Notes under the pieces: generated by a model
The model's database searches: none
Told to the model about the DNA's origin: nothing
Seen by the model: only the letters and a program-made list of their open reading frames with translations
Shown here: positions 1-14,758 of the stretch, piece after piece
How the letters are laid out: every line of letters starts with the position of its first letter
Numbering within the stretch: the first letter of the stretch is position 1
Origin: Lama guanicoe
Taxonomy: Eukaryota
Direction of reading: 5' to 3'
Length of the DNA: 64,000 nt
NCBI GenBank assembly: GCA_013239625.1
Contig: MU053810.1
Span: 5,674,071 to 5,738,070, forward strand
Position numbers and translations under genes: made by a program

Positions 1-61
1 TCACATCTGACCTTTTCACCTCCCCCATCCTCCACACCCCCAGTGCTCCATTTCCAACTCT

Positions 62-420
62 TGTGCCTTAGTCTGTTTGGGGTCCTGTAATGAAATACCA
101 TAGACTAGTTGGCTTATACACAACAGATTTATTTCTCACAGTTCTGGAGGCTGGAAGTCTGAGGTCGTGGTGTCAGCATGGTTGGGTTCTGGGGAGAACC
201 CTCTTCCGGGTTGCAGGTGGCTGTTTCCTTAATGTCTGGGACAGAGAGGGTGAGACGGCTCTCTGGGGTCTCTTCAATAAGGGCACTAATCCCATTCATG
301 AGAGCTCCACCCTCATGACCTAATCACCTCCCAAACGCCCCGCCTCCAAATACCATCACATTGGAGGTTAGGATTTCAACATGTAAAATCCAGGGAGACA
401 CAAACATTAAGGCCATAACA
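62..420 (-). mobile_element. MaLR solo LTR (MLT1 type)
   Basis: TG...CA ends; ttatttctcacagttctggaggctggaagtc, gggcactaatcccattcatgag, ggatttcaacat motifs. Confidence 0.85.
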
Positions 421-1213
421 CCCTGTAAAAATTTCCAAATTTCCATCTTGCTAGATTGTTCCTATGTCAGTAAATTAAGTTCTTCTGGAACAAGCCCAGG
501 CATCCATAAATAACACTAAGCAGAAACGTAGCAGCACATTTTCAAGAAGGAGAAGAGTCTAGTCAATGATTATGTCAAGAAACTGTCTTAACACTGATCT
601 TTGCAATGACGGAGGTTATCAAGACTGGTCTTAGGAACAGAGATACTCTCTACCTAGTAAGATTTCTGTATTTCTGTTCACCAGAAGGGTTCCCTGTAAC
701 CCCACCAATACCCTGACTGCTTTTGTGGGGTCCAGTCATTCCCTAATGAGCCTACCTTGTGGAGACGTACCAGTGTGTCAATAATGGGTGCAGATGAACG
801 TTGCTGTATCCCTCCCTGACATCAGGCTCGGTGAGGGGACTGAGATGGCGTAGTCAGAGACTGCCAAGTCTACTTCCTCCACACCTTGGATGACATTCAG
901 GCCTTGATGTTACAGAAATTCATACTTTGGTGAGAAGCTCATTAGAGCCTGTGTTGTGAACCAAAGGCAACTTCCAGAGAAAGAAAAAAATCATCCTTTC
1001 CTTTTCCATTCCTTCATCATAAACTACACTTTTAAGAAATTTGCTTTCTTTTGAAAATTAGAAATTGTGTGGCTTTTGCATGTGCACATGGGCTTTTTGG
1101 TCAAATGACTCAACAATACTTGAATTTTACTTTCCTCGTAATATTCCCTTTTAGGTCAAATCAAAACAGGGGTTCAGCTGATGTTTATCCTCTACCTAAT
1201 ATTTTCTCCAGTC

Positions 1214-1401
1214 CAGTGGTCCTCAAAGTGTGGCTCCCAGTGCAGTAGCATCAGCGTCACTTGGGAACTTGTTACAAATGTCAGTCTTTGGGCCCCAGCC
1301 CAGGTCTGTTGAATCTGGAGTTCTGGGGGTGAGGCCCAGCCCTTGTGTTTTAACAAACCCTCCAGCAGATTTTAATCTGCACTGATGTTCGAGAGCCACT
1401 G
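1214..1401. mobile_element. MER5A-like hAT/Charlie MITE
   Basis: Terminal inverted repeats CAGTGGTCCTCAAA / TTCGAGAGCCACTG; internal gcatcagc..tgggaacttgtta..tttaacaa motifs. Confidence 0.85.
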
Positions 1402-1848
1402 CTGTAGTAGAACTTATCTGTGTGTCTTCCGGTCCTAGTCAGCTTTATTATACAGCTTTCCTCTCTTCACAAAATCCCACCTTAACTTCACCACCTCAAC
1501 TAATCGAATTTTCAAATTTAAAAGTATTTTTTTAATTGCTTCTTGCCTTTGAAATAGACTCTCACAAGTTTTGCAGATGATTTATTTCCCTAATAAATTG
1601 GTAAAGAATTTAACATATTAATAGTTGAAGGGGAAGGAGAAGTTGAGATTTTTTCTATCAAATATTTAATCCCTGCATTACAAATAGTCCCAACTATTTA
1701 ATATACACATTTCCACTGTGATCATTTAACAACACCATGGTTAACAGAATTTCCTTGTCAGAAAGTGCCTAGTGTAAGGACAACAGAAGTTTCCCTAGAA
1801 TAAGAATGATTATTTATGTGGTCAGGTTGCTATAACAATAATACTTGG

Positions 1849-1972
1849 GAGGAGGGAGGGTATAGCTCAAGTGGTAGAGCGCATGCTTAGCATGCATAAG
1901 GTCCTGGGTTCAATCCCCAGTACCTCCTCTAAGAATAAATAAATAAACCTAATTGCCTCCCCCCACCAAAGA
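1849..1972 (+). mobile_element. tRNA-Ala-derived camelid SINE (Vic-1 type)
   Basis: GGGTATAGCTCAAGTGGTAGAGC..GGTTCAATCCCCAGTACCTCC head with A/B boxes, AATAAACCTAATT tail, imperfect TSD ending TACTTGG. Confidence 0.9.
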
Positions 1973-2899
1973 AGAGTAGTACTTGGAAGAATCATGGCAT
2001 TGAGCAAGGAAGTTAAATTTACATTTAGAAATCTACTTTTAAGTAATTATAAAATCAAACACCGTTCTGTTTTAGAATTAAGAATTATGAAGAAGGTGAT
2101 TCTAGTAGCATACTGAGTAAAAAATGTAACTTAAACCTGGTGAGAAATTAAGAATTCATCTAGTAAACTCTCTCACTTACGTTTGAAGAGAGTTTCATCA
2201 CACTCGTTCCACCAACTTTTATTAATGGTCCAAATATACATAAGTCTGTGCTTTGGAGGCTCTCAGAATCTGGTAGAGAATTCTAGAACACTTAGAGGAC
2301 ATGCCCAAACCTAGACAGCCTTTGTTGGAGCCTCAACTCTACCATAAGTACGTCAACTCATTGCTTGGCTTTTGGGGGGAGGAAAGATTGGCCATGGCTT
2401 AGAGGGGTTTTACTGTCCTAGGGTGAAATTCTGGCTGTGGCTCTGACTAGCTAGTTGTATGATTTTAGACATGTGACTTAGTTTTAGATCCTCAGTTTCC
2501 TCATTTTTAAGACAGGAGAATAATAACTATCTCTAGATATTGTGAAGACGCCGTGCCATGATGCTTCCTTCATCAAGAAATTTGCATTGATGATGAGTGG
2601 CTGACAATACCCAGTTTTGATGAGGATGTGGTATAATGGGGTGTGATGTCATGTTCATGGCTGGTGAGAATTCAGTGGTAGGATGGTATCTGAATGCACT
2701 TTAGCATCTTTTACTAGAGTTGAAAATAAACATTGCCTATGACCCAGCAACTCTACTTCTGGAACATAAACAAAAGAAATGTACTCACATACTCACAAGA
2801 GACATGTACAATAATTTCCTAATAACGTTGTTGGTAATAACTAGACTGCAACAATGCAAATATCCTTAACAATAAGCCTAAACATGCAACCGGAAATAA

Positions 2900-3750
2900 T
2901 ATCAACATCCAACAATTTCACAAACATAATGAAAAAGATTTGCATTGAATGCTAGCTGCATGTCTGGCAATGTGCCAGGGATAAAACCAAGATAAAAACT
3001 CACCTCCATGAATGTCACCACCATCACCCAGTTGCTCAAGCCCAAAGCGTCCTCCATTCCTCCCTGTCCCTCTCCTGGGCTTGGACAATTTGTGTCCATC
3101 CACTTGTCTCCATCCTGCTGTTCCCATGCCAGTTCGTCCCACCGGGACTGGAATTCTAGAATAGCCTTCCAGCCTGCCTCTTACTTCCATGGTTGCTTCC
3201 CTAGTCTTCTCTCCCTGCAACAGCCACAGTGATTTTCTTAACACTTCAACTGGGTCTTGTCTCCATCCCGCCTAAAACCTATTGTGACTTTCCACCACTC
3301 TTAAGGTAAATCAAAACTCCTTACTGTGGTTGGTAAGGCTCCCCTTGGCCTGACTGTCCAGGGTCATTTCCTGCCCATGGTCTCCCTTCATTGCCTCCAT
3401 TGTTCTGCACCCCAAACTCTTTCTGTGTGTCCCCCAGGCTTGGAGTCCCTTCTGTCCATTGCACAGCTGAATCCCCCCTCATCTTCCACATCCCAACTAG
3501 TCGTCAACTCCTGAGAGATTTCTTCACCACCGTCTTTCCTCCCACTCTGCTTATTTCTTCCACAGAACTTTAAATGATTCATGGAATGTGTCATGTGTGT
3601 GTTTACCTCTTTCTTGTCTATCTTAGTCACAAGCAGGAGGCGAGTGCTGGGAGCTGAGGGTCCAGATTTGACTTGTTTTCCACTGTTCTTCCAGAGCTGA
3701 GCCCAGTGCCTTCCTCACAGTAGGTCCCCTACAAATGTTGAATGAAGGAA
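2900..3750 (+). mobile_element. Degenerate L2 LINE 3' segment
   Basis: cagccacagtgattttcttaa, cccagtgcct..cacagtagg..aaatgttgaatgaa terminal motif; approximate. Confidence 0.55.
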
Positions 3751-4120
3751 GATGGCCTCCCTTCTCTTAAAGTAAACAGAGGAGTGAGGGGATAAAGTCC
3801 AATGGGCGAGGCTAACATAATGTGATGGGTGCTGAGATGGGGGAAGACTTCAACCCCCTAGGAGCATCCAGGAGAGGTTTTGCCAAATATTTAGAAATAA
3901 GAGAAAGCTTCCTAGAGGAAATGATGTCTAGAGATTTCAAAGATCCCTAGGAAATAACTGTATCTGAGGTTACAGTATTACCATTTAATTTCTCATAATC
4001 TTTATATCAAAATAGTATGTTTCAACCTTTTTCACTATTGCCTCCTTAAGAAAGAGCCTTTTTTAGACTATTTTTGCCTAATCACTATGCCCTCCTCCCA
4101 CTGAAATGTTATACCACAAA

Positions 4121-4126
4121 TATATA

Positions 4127-4186
<60 letters not shown>
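4121..4186. repeat. Compound (TG)n(TA)n microsatellite
   Basis: Direct inspection. Confidence 0.95.
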
Positions 4187-4187
<1 letters not shown>

Positions 4188-4308
4188 AGTTTATGTACTC
4201 TTTGTAAATCTATGCTTTATACATAAAAGGAGTAACTTTTTTTCTTCTCCTAAGAGCACAGTTTTGCCCCTGGAGGGGTGAAATTTCCCCCATTGAAAAT
4301 GCAGGTAT

Positions 4309-4467
4309 GAGGGGGTATAGCTCAAGTAATAAAGCACATGCTTAGTATGCATGAGGTCCTGGGTTCAATCCCCAGTACCTCCTCTAAGACTAAATAAACC
4401 TAATTCACTCTCCCCCCACTGAAATAATTAAATAATACAATAATAAATAAATAAAATATTTTTTAAA
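4309..4467 (+). mobile_element. Vic-1-type SINE
   Basis: tRNA head + A-rich tail; TSD GAAAATGCAGGTAT / GAAAACACAGGTAT. Confidence 0.9.
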
Positions 4468-5383
4468 GAAAACACAGGTATTAAACCACTTAATATAGAC
4501 TGTTGGACCAAGTTTTGAAGAAAATGCAGTTGATAACATCACTGTAGTACTTGCTTTTTAAATGTCAGATAGACTGTATACTATTTTATAGCAATGCTTT
4601 TTTTTTCCTATTGGGAGAAAAAGAGATGAAGTTTTTTTTTAATGTAATATATGTGCTCATTGAAGCAAAAAGTCACCATTAAAATCATAACGAGAGTTCA
4701 TGTAATAATATCCACCAATATGTAACGGGGCACCGACCTCCATCAAAAGCATTAAAGGGTGTATCAGAGGAACTTGTATTTTTAGGGAAAAATGTGACAG
4801 ACAAATGCACAATACTCATTGCACAGTTTGGAAAGGAACATGTGGGGGCTGGTTGATGCTGAGAGTGCTTGGTGATATATTGGGACGATGACTTAGTAAG
4901 AACTTGTTGCCTAAGATGATTTAGAAATGGTAATTAAATTATTAGGTAAATGAGTGCTGATCAAGTTGCCTAGAAGAATTAGGGGTTGGAGAGCTCTGTG
5001 CTGAAGGTTCATGGAGCTAAGAGAACATTTTCAGAGAAAGGGAGTAATCTGGCTTACATCTGACTATAACTGTCTCAGGAGATGACTTCTGTTTGGAAGG
5101 CGTTCATTAAAGCAGGTAGATACCAAGTGGCTATTCCTTGGAGGATAGAGTGTATGGAATTAGAATGGAGAATACTGGGAAAGGAGTTTTCTCATGGAAG
5201 TTAGCCCAAGGGCAAACTGTATCTCACTCGGCAATTTTCACCAGCTTATCTTTCAGGAATTTTAAGAAAGTTAAAGCATTAAGGTTGGCTAAATGGTTTA
5301 ACTCCACAGGCTCTATGTATATTCTGGCTGTTATTTTTGCACCTGCAGATGGATTCTGATTCAGTATTATAATAAGGAGGGCA

Positions 5384-5405
5384 ACACACACACACACACA
5401 CACAC
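5384..5405. repeat. (CA)n microsatellite
   Basis: Direct inspection. Confidence 0.9.
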
Positions 5406-6539
5406 CCCAAAAGTGGTGGGCTTCTAAGTCTGCCTTTTTAGCAGAGTTTCTTTTCATTAGCTAAGTGGAATTGAGCCTTACTGATGTGCAGTGAAATGAG
5501 GCATGACCTAGCTTGATGGTCCATGAAGGATGCTCAGTCAGGGTGACATTTCATCCCTTTAAAGTGGATGTTCCTATTTATACCAAGGATAGGTTTTGCA
5601 GTTATCCAGGAGACAAGGTATTTGCTGGTTTTACAGATAATACAGATATACATCATTTACGTTTATTCCACTTCCTACTTAACCAGACTCCTTATTGCCA
5701 ATTATTCTTCCTCATCTATTTAGTGTAATCTTCTCTTTCTTGACAGGTTAATGTAAATCATCACTTCGATAATGCATCCCCCTTAAGAAACTTCCTGCCA
5801 ATCCATATTGCCTGCAGACTGCTAAACTCCTTCATTAACTAGCTGACCCATGTTACTCTCTAATGAAGGTTTCTTCTTCATTATTCTTCCCAAACACAAA
5901 CTCTGCGGTCTAATCTGTTTCTTTTCCTTAATGCCGGTTCCCTTCAACCATCCCTTAACATCTCCGCGTCACGTGTTTGCACCCTTCCTACTGTTCTTTC
6001 TCTCCTCCAGAGCCAGACCTCTGCCTTCTATTACTGAGCATATTATGCATACTGACCTTGGATTAAATATAGAATGCACCCTTTCATACTAACTTCAAAA
6101 CAAGGTGAACAGCCCTTACTCTGCGTTCCAGCAGTGTCTGGATATGTGTTTACCACCCTATTTCAGTCTTCCTTCAATGTTGTAGAAGCTAACCTCCTGA
6201 GTTCATTTAAGACTCGGCATGTGCGTTTGTGAAACCAGTGTTCCAGCCCTGGAGATGGTTTGCCCCTGTGTATGTTGACACGCTAGATACATATAGTGAT
6301 GGCTGCTACATGAATGTTAATGGATGTTACGTGAATTTCATTTGTTAATTGAGCATTTAACTAACTAATGAGAAACGATATTGGATGACAGTTGTTTGGA
6401 TGAGCGTATAGACACAGAGTTTGTCCCTTAGGAAAAATTTCTCGTTGCTTACAAGTTCACAGATTATTAATGTGATGATTCACCTCTAAGATTCTTTTTT
6501 TTTTTCATTTTTGTGTCATGTTGGAGGGGGTTGCAATTT

Positions 6540-7020
6540 TTTTACTGTGGTAAAATGTGCATAATAAAATTTATGTTTTTAACCGTTTTAAAATTTACTA
6601 TTCCACAAAGTGTATTCACGTTGCTGTGAAACCATCACCACCAGCCATCTCCAGAACTTTCTCAAATTCTCCAACTGAAACTCTGTCCCATTAAACACTA
6701 ACTCTCCATTCCCCTATCCCCTGACAGTCACCATTTTCTGTATCTAAAAATCTGACTTTTCTACGTACCTCATATAAGTAGAATCACACAGTATTTTTTC
6801 TTTTGTGACTGGCTTATTTCACTTAGCATAATGTCTTCAAGTTTCATCCATGTTGTAGCGTGTGTCAGAATTCCCTTCCTTTTTAAAGTTGAATGATAGT
6901 CCATTGCGTGTGTCTCCTACATTTTGTTTATTCATTCATCCATCAATGGACACTTGGGTTACTTCTACTTTGGGGACCATTGTAAATAATGCTGCTGTGA
7001 ACATGGGTGTACAGATACAC
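6540..7020 (-). mobile_element. L1 3' fragment (older L1M type)
   Basis: tgtgactggcttatttcacttagcataatgtcttcaagtttcatccatgttgtagc, ataatgctgctgtgaacatgggtgtaca. Confidence 0.85.
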
Positions 7021-8721
7021 TACCAAGAACTTTTAAAAGAACTTTTAATTATATTCAGAAAAACTTATGCTATTACCTTAGACTGTATGGCATAAATTGA
7101 ATTCCTCCTACACAATGTAATGCTGCATTTTAAAATGCTGCTAGGTAGCAGTGCCTTTCAATTTAAAGATGTTCTGATTCCCCTTGGCAAAATAGTGATC
7201 TTTTTCAGCAACTTCTTTAGAGAGTGAAGGAAAATTAGGGGCAAATGTTTGGAGAACTAAATATGAAAGTCAACTTATTTTCAGTTGAATATATTGTTCT
7301 CAACATGGCTAATTAATTTTAGATAGTCACCAGTCTTGGACTACACATCCATTTCACTAAGTCAGCAAACTAGTTTTGAAATATTTTAATGATGCAGAGG
7401 GGAACCATTTTACCAATTCTGTAACTTTATTGGCTTTTATCCCTTTAAATGTATACAAGCATATTCACTGTGCAAACATTTAAGTTTAAAAATCAGAAAA
7501 GTCCATTAAGGTGTTCAGTTGCTGGCAAATTCATATCCTCTTATGCAGCAGCAATTTGAGATAAAAATATTGAGCTCTTATTAAAAAACATATTTGGGAA
7601 AATAAATATTATTTAAGTCTAGAAAACATGTGAAAACTGTATCCTAATTCACTTTAATGTTCCACCATCAATTTTCATGTAGTGAATTTCTTCTTGTATT
7701 GATTCTAAGAGATTGTGTAAATTCCACAAAGATGGGGATTTTCTCTGTTTTGCTTATTGCACACAGTAGGTACTCATTAGACACTGGATACAAACAAATG
7801 AATAATGGTATCACTTGGAAACTCTTCTGTAGACTTCCTTTATGTCTTAAAGTGAAATTAATAAACAGAATTTTAAGAAATATCCTATAAGGCCAAAAAA
7901 TTGCAAAGGACTTTAAATAATAATACCAATAAAATTGAGATTTTTTTTTCCCACTTTTTAATTATCGATCTCACTCTAATGACCAGCTAACTCAAGGCCT
8001 TCTTATGCTAGGATGAAAAAAGAAAGTTTTACCAAGCTCTTCCAAAAATTTTGCTCCTGATGGTAACTCAGCATTGAAGATCGATTCTCTTTATGAACTT
8101 TTATGGGACTTTTTTAATAACCTGTAGTTTTGGCTTTTGTGAAAAGAGGGCTAGTTGCTACCTCGGATTCACACCTGCAGCTGTGAATACTAAAATATCC
8201 TGCACTGATGGCATCAGCAACTTTAGACCTGTTATCACTTGCCCCTCCCAGCTAACTTTGCTGTATTTCTTCTGCGGAAATGTCTCTGTCCTCTGGAACC
8301 GTTCTGCAGGAAGGAAGTGGCCAAGATCATGCAACTGGCCATGTACTTTTCTGACCAGTTGGATGATCTTTTGTTAGAGTTCCATGGGGGCGACCCCAAA
8401 CAACAGACCCCCTCTGTACTGTGGTGTGCCAAATCCTTCGGGTTTTGGAAAGCCATAAAATGGTGCTGCCTGTCAGGAGCTCAGAATTCCTTACCTGGGC
8501 AGTGTTCCATGGCATGGCCGATGCTAGAATGAAATTCACCAAACATGACAAATAACCTTTTTTCCCTTTTGTCTTGGTATCTGTGTTATTATTCCTAATT
8601 TAAAATATCCATAATATTCTAGACACTGTGTATAGTAATTTGGGCAGTTCTTACTCCCCAGCATTTTGTAAAAATAGAGTACTGACATAATCAGGGTTTC
8701 TTTTAAGAAAATACATATTTC

Positions 8722-8835
8722 ATTGTGTATGTATATGTATGCAATAAAGTATATATACATACATACGTGCACATATATACATACAAGCATACATATGGAC
8801 ACATATATACACATACACACATACATATATATATG
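8722..8835. repeat. Degenerate (TA/CA)-rich low-complexity repeat
   Basis: tatatacatacatacgtgcacatatatacatac... Confidence 0.8.
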
Positions 8836-11800
8836 TCTTCTCTAATGACAAATGAAATCATCAAAATCCATAATAAGACATAAAAGAAGAGTGTGGGAGA
8901 AATAAGGCATGTTGTGTTAATTCATGTTTGTCCTCCCTGTTTAGGGCTCTCGAAATACTAGCATACAAGCAGGTTGGGAAGAACCAGAGATAGTCTTTTA
9001 GCCTGAGATTCTAGACCCTGCTCCCGCATTTATAGTCTTTGTCTCAGCGATGAGTCCCCAGAGGTTGGGTAGAGATTTGTTCTGATGGAACTTTCTTGAC
9101 TCTTCATTGACAGGGTTTATGCCATCACAGCTCTGATGTTTAAGTAAGACTGATTTTTTTTATAACTGTAGGAATATTTCCAGTTATTCATCTCTCTTGC
9201 CCGTGGGAGTTCTGAGGTACACAAGTGTAGAGGTTGAGTCCAGTCATTCTTCCAGGTAGAATTCGTTTTGGCAGATTACTATGTGTTTGGATCCCTGTGG
9301 TTGTTCTAATTCTCAGCACCAGTGCCTCTTCTTCATTTCTGGAGACCATGATCCTCGGGGCAGGTTGTCCAGCCACATCTTCTGACCTTGGTCCAGAATA
9401 ATTTTGTGGCCGTGGACATATTTCTCTCTGGACTGACCCCTTTCTAATTTGCTTGTCTGATAGCACTCTCCCTTTCTAGTTGCCTGCAAATCCAACATCC
9501 ATGTTTTTCCCCTGGATTCTGTTTAGATAAATGTGTGTCTTCAGACTGTACATCTTTTGCTTTAAGCATATTGATAAAACCTCTAATTTGCGACCACTAT
9601 ACTTCTACCTGAGTCTGGAACTCCTCAGACAGTATGATAGGGAAATGCCAGTGGTCTCCGTCTAGCCTATGTCACCCCAGGAAGGATTTCAGACATAGCT
9701 GTCTCCAGGGTATGAAATCTCCCTGGAGCTCTGGAGAGAGGGCTAAGGTTGCATTTTTTTTTCCACCTGGGCTGTTCATGTATTCCAGGAAGGGATACCT
9801 CTCCACCCTCACAGTCAAGAACTCATCCAGTTCTGGGGAACTGGTCATACCCTCTTGTCCATTTTCCCCTGCAGAAACCACTAGCAGGAGATTTCCAGCA
9901 GCCTTGATCACACAGTCTTTTTCCAGAACCCTGCAAGATATCCAAGGATCCCAGGACAGAAGATTCACAATAAAAATTCATGAGAATGCATAAAAATAGA
10001 AATAGTTCTCATATTGCCCATTAGACAGCAAATAAGAGCTATTTATTCATTTAAACAAGATAGTTCACCTTCATATAATCTAAGATGATTTTCCCACCTT
10101 CTCCTCTTTCCTCAAGCTTCTTATACTCCTTCAGTTTTAGTTGTTTTTTTTTTTAATACTTTTTGCTTATTTAGTTTCTCAGAGCTCACTGTGCACTTCA
10201 CTGAGAAAACACAGGCTCACAGATGGTCACAGGATCATCTTGCCACCAGCCACCTTCATCTGTGTTCTGTGTTTTCCACCTTCCTTTCTGTTAGAATGGA
10301 AGAGGCATCTCTCCTTTTGTCAGAATCCTCTTGTCCTGTTTCTCACCTTCCAGGAATTTCCTGCCTTCAGCCATCTCTTTTCCTGCAGCATCCAGTCTCT
10401 CCCTCTCTACGGGACAATTTCATTGGTATGACACAGTATGGAGGTGCCCATCCTAAAAGCCAAAAAACCCTGTATCCCAGATCCTCCAGCCACAGCTTTA
10501 TATCTCCACCCTGCTTCCCAGCCACACTTCCTCAACCAATCTGCCTGCACTTAACCTCTGCCTTCCTCATCCCTCACCAGTCCAGACTCTACCCCTAGAA
10601 CTCCAGTAACTCCAACAAACTGCTCCATGTGAGGTCAACCCTCTCTGTGCTGTCAGATAAGTCGTTAAGTTTTGTCTTATCTTACTCAGGCCATCAGCAG
10701 CATTCAGAATGGTTGATCACTCTAACTTGAGATGTCTGCTCTTGGCTTCTGTGACATAATGATTTTTGGCCATCCCTTGCCAGTTTTTTTTGGGGGGGGA
10801 GAGAGGGGGCAGACTCCTCCCTCTCTTCTGAACCTCTCAGAGTTGGAATTCTTCAGCACTCAGAACTTGGCTCTTTTTTCTTTTCTCTCCACCCTTCTTT
10901 CTGGTTGATATTTGCAACTTCCTCTGTAGCCTCTTCATGTGTATGGTCACACAGACCTCAAATTCATCTTGTCCAAATCCGGAGTGCTTGGTTGCCCACT
11001 TCTACATCCCAACATGCTCCTCTCTCAAGTTCCCCATCTCAGCAGTGGCCTCAGCTACCCATAAGTCCTATCGTTTCCATCTCCAAAATACACCCAGCTG
11101 TTCCACTGCAACACTCATCCAAGCCACCGTCACCTCTCATCTGGGTCCTTCATCTACTCTTGCTCCTTTCCAACTTGTTAAAGAAGTAAAATTATAGAAA
11201 ATGGCAGCATCTCTAATGAGCAGCATCTGTACTTAAACAGGGGCAGTAGGAGTGAGAGAGAAGGGGAGACATTAAAAATATACATATTTGGCAAGCAGGA
11301 CAGACAGACTATATAGTAAGCCAGTGGGCGGTGGGGAAGGACTAAGAGGAAGGGGTCCAGGTGAAGGTGCTGTTTTTTTCAAGGGGGAAAATATGAAGGT
11401 TTGGACTAGATGCCTTGGTCCTTGGACATGCTGAGCTGTGGATAAGCTGATGGATATTCCTGGAGGCATTTGGATGCCGACCACTAGAACCAAGCTTTCA
11501 GGGCTAGATGTATAGACATAGGAATCATCCGCTATAGGTTATACCTGAAGTCATGGAAGTGTATGAAATTGCCTTGGAAAAGTACAGAGATGAGAAAATG
11601 ACAGTGTCAGTCCTTCTTCTGAGCCACCGGTTGACTTCTTGTATCTCCCCTCTGTTTCTTTCAAGACCCAAGTCCTCATTTCTCCCATCTTCCCAGCTGA
11701 ACAACACTTTCCATTGTCCCCTGGCTCTTGCCTCCCCAGGATGCCTGCAGCATGAAACACAGTGTCCCATGTACCTTTTCAGCCCTGTTATTCACAAAAA

Positions 11801-14625
11801 TAAGCACATACATCCACTTTCTTGATAAGGGATTTGTTGCTGAACATTTTGGCACTTAATAATCTCCGGTTATCTAGACCTAGCAGGAGGGTGACAGCCC
11901 TTGACAAACAAATACGGTTACACCTCCCCACCCTGGGCATGACTTATCTGACATTCCGGTTATGGTGCACGAAGCCAAGAATCTCAAACCAGCAGAAAGA
12001 ACCTTTCAGCCATCAAAGTAATGGTAGCATCTAGGCACTAAAACTGGGGTCTGCTTCCCTCTATTTTTCCTCTACTCCTAATGAGCTTGGTTTTGTGAGT
12101 GTGGCTGCTAATTTTTGCATTGTAGGGAAGTCCCACATGGAAGGTTCCATCCTGGAGTTTTGGCAGAAGGAAGAAAATCAGATTCCTCTGTAGCCACTTA
12201 ATTTGATCCTCCATCCTGGGTATTAGCATGGCGGTAAGACAAGGTCTAGATCGACAACAGTTAGAAACATGTTAATAAACTGGACCCCAGGTTTAAATAA
12301 GTCTAAACAAAATGTGAAATTTAATGCCAAAAAATGCTGACATAATGTTTTAAGTGGGATAAAATGAAGTAGAAAGGCATTCTTTTTGAGAGTCTGAAAT
12401 AATCCGTTCTAAAGTCATTCCATTGAAATGATAAATTCACACGGCACTTTCCTTTAGTAACATTTACTGATTGTGGTCAGCACTAGTATTTAAACCTCAG
12501 TGTTAGACACTTCACACTTGAAGACCATCTGTAATCTCAGGGAGTGTTAAGTCTAACTTGGAGGTCAAGGTAAATTTACTGAGTGCCCAGCCCATGGCAG
12601 GCACTGGGAACACAATGATGTCCCTACCTCTACAGGCTTAGAGTGTGATGTGTTTACAGTCTAGTAAGACAAGACCTGCATAAAAGATACAGAGCATTGC
12701 AAAGAGGTCAAGGTCAGGTGCCTGGGAGTGGAGTTGCATATACGTTAAATGCTACAGGACTTCACAGCAGGGAGAATCTGGTGGGTTACAGTAAGAGTGG
12801 TTGGGGAATAATTTTTTCCTTCCAACAGCAGCTGCCAGGAACCTGGGAGCCCTCCTTGTCTGACTTCTTGCCCCACTCACATGGCTTCACCCTCAGGAGC
12901 TTTTCCATCAACCTGCTCCTTCCTCTTCTCAACCCCTCACCAGGCAGTTCTCAGTCCCTTCTCTGGAACACGGACACTTCTGTTCCTTCTTCTTCACTCT
13001 GCGCAACTACCTGGGGTGCACTGCAGCCGTTGTTGGCATGTCTGCTCCCCCTCGAGATTCTGATCTTGTTGAGACTGTAAGTTTTGTCTGGCTCATCTTG
13101 AAATCCCTCCTGCCCCGATGTAGTACCTAGAGTATTGTTAGGGTTCCCCCCAGAAAGTGTTTCTTGCCTGAGTGAATAGAGATACGAATGAATTCACAAG
13201 GCACGTGTTGAGCCCTGCAGAAAGTTTGCAACCTTACATTTTTAAATCAATAAAACAAAGACCTGTATCAGGCAGGTGGTAATCAAAAAATAAAGAAAAT
13301 TAAGTAGCCCAGAGAAAAGGAGTTCTCACACTCACTCAGTGTGTCTCAGAGTTACTTAACTGTTAAATATACAGATAATATAGACTCACCCCAGATCTCA
13401 TAAGTCTGAATCTCAAAGCATGGGACCTGGGCAGCTGATATATATGTTTTAACATTCCCTACCTGGGTGATGTACTGGCAAGGTTGAGAATCATCATGAG
13501 ACATGAATATCTTATTAACTTGATATCTTTGGGAATAAGGTGCTGCATACTGGTTTTATAGATAACTGGTCCTGGCTCTTGGGAACAGACAGATATTTTA
13601 AATTTTGAAGGAAGTATATTAAAATGCTCTCTTGCCTTCTTAAACCAAAGTGCCGAGCGTAGTGTGGTATTGCCCTTGGGAGTTCAGGGTCAGCTCTATG
13701 GACATCACCATTGGATGTCTTGGGTTTTCTCATTCCTTCTTTCATGCCAGTCTGTCAGTTATCCCAGCTCCTGACATCACTGTTATGTTACTAATATTTC
13801 CGCCTCTCTTGTGCCATCTTACATATTGCTTTTCCTAAAAGTTGAGGTATAATTGACGTATGAGTCTCAAGTGTACAACATAATGATTCGATATTTGTAT
13901 ACATTTCAAAATGATCACCACCACAAATCTAATTAACCTCCATCACCATCATCATATTACTCTTAAGATGCTATTGGCTAGGACAACAGATAACCCAGCT
14001 TGTCAACAATTATATTTTGAATGAAAATCAGTGTCATGGATTTGAGTGACTTTATAAAGAAAAAAAAAAACGATTTTGGGTGCCCTACAGCTCTTTAGCT
14101 TACTTCTGGCTAATTTTTGAAACCAACCCAAACCTAGAAGTCTGACCCTAAGTAGGGAGTTCGTGCAATTACTTTAGAAGAGAGTACAAGTAGTTTGTTT
14201 CTAACCTCCTTATTTTATATTCGAGGAAACTGAGGCTTAGAGAGATTTCATGACTTTCCTAAGATGGAGAGTTACTGTTAATAAACCAGGTTCAATACAA
14301 TTTGCATGATTTGAGCCAGGAGTCACTATAAAATCTTAACTATATCCATGGAAGGAGTATCTAGTTACCAGTAAGAATCAGTTTAATGGTTGGTACAGTT
14401 TCTCTGAATTCCCCAAGCACTTTATTAAAACCTATTTGATCACATCTGTGCTTATTTTTGAACATTTTCCCACCCTGACAAGGCACAGGTATCTTGAAGT
14501 TCTTTTGATTTTGAGACCTGGTTCTTTGGATCTTTGTTTGTAGCCCAAAAACTTAAACATGCTTAATACTTTTTTTTTGCTTTGTCATACTATAAATCCA
14601 TTTTGCAATCAAGAATTTATATGAA

Positions 14626-14758
14626 GGAGAGGGTACAGCGCAAGTGGTAGAGTGCATGTTTAGCATACACAAGGTCCTGCGTTCGATCCCTAGTACCTCC
14701 TCTAAAAATAATAATAATTAAATAAATAAACCTAATTATCCACCACCAAAAAAAAAAT
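14626..14758 (+). mobile_element. Vic-1-type SINE
   Basis: tRNA head GGTACAGCGCAAGTGGTAGAG..GTTCGATCC, AAACCTAATTA tail, poly(A). Confidence 0.88.
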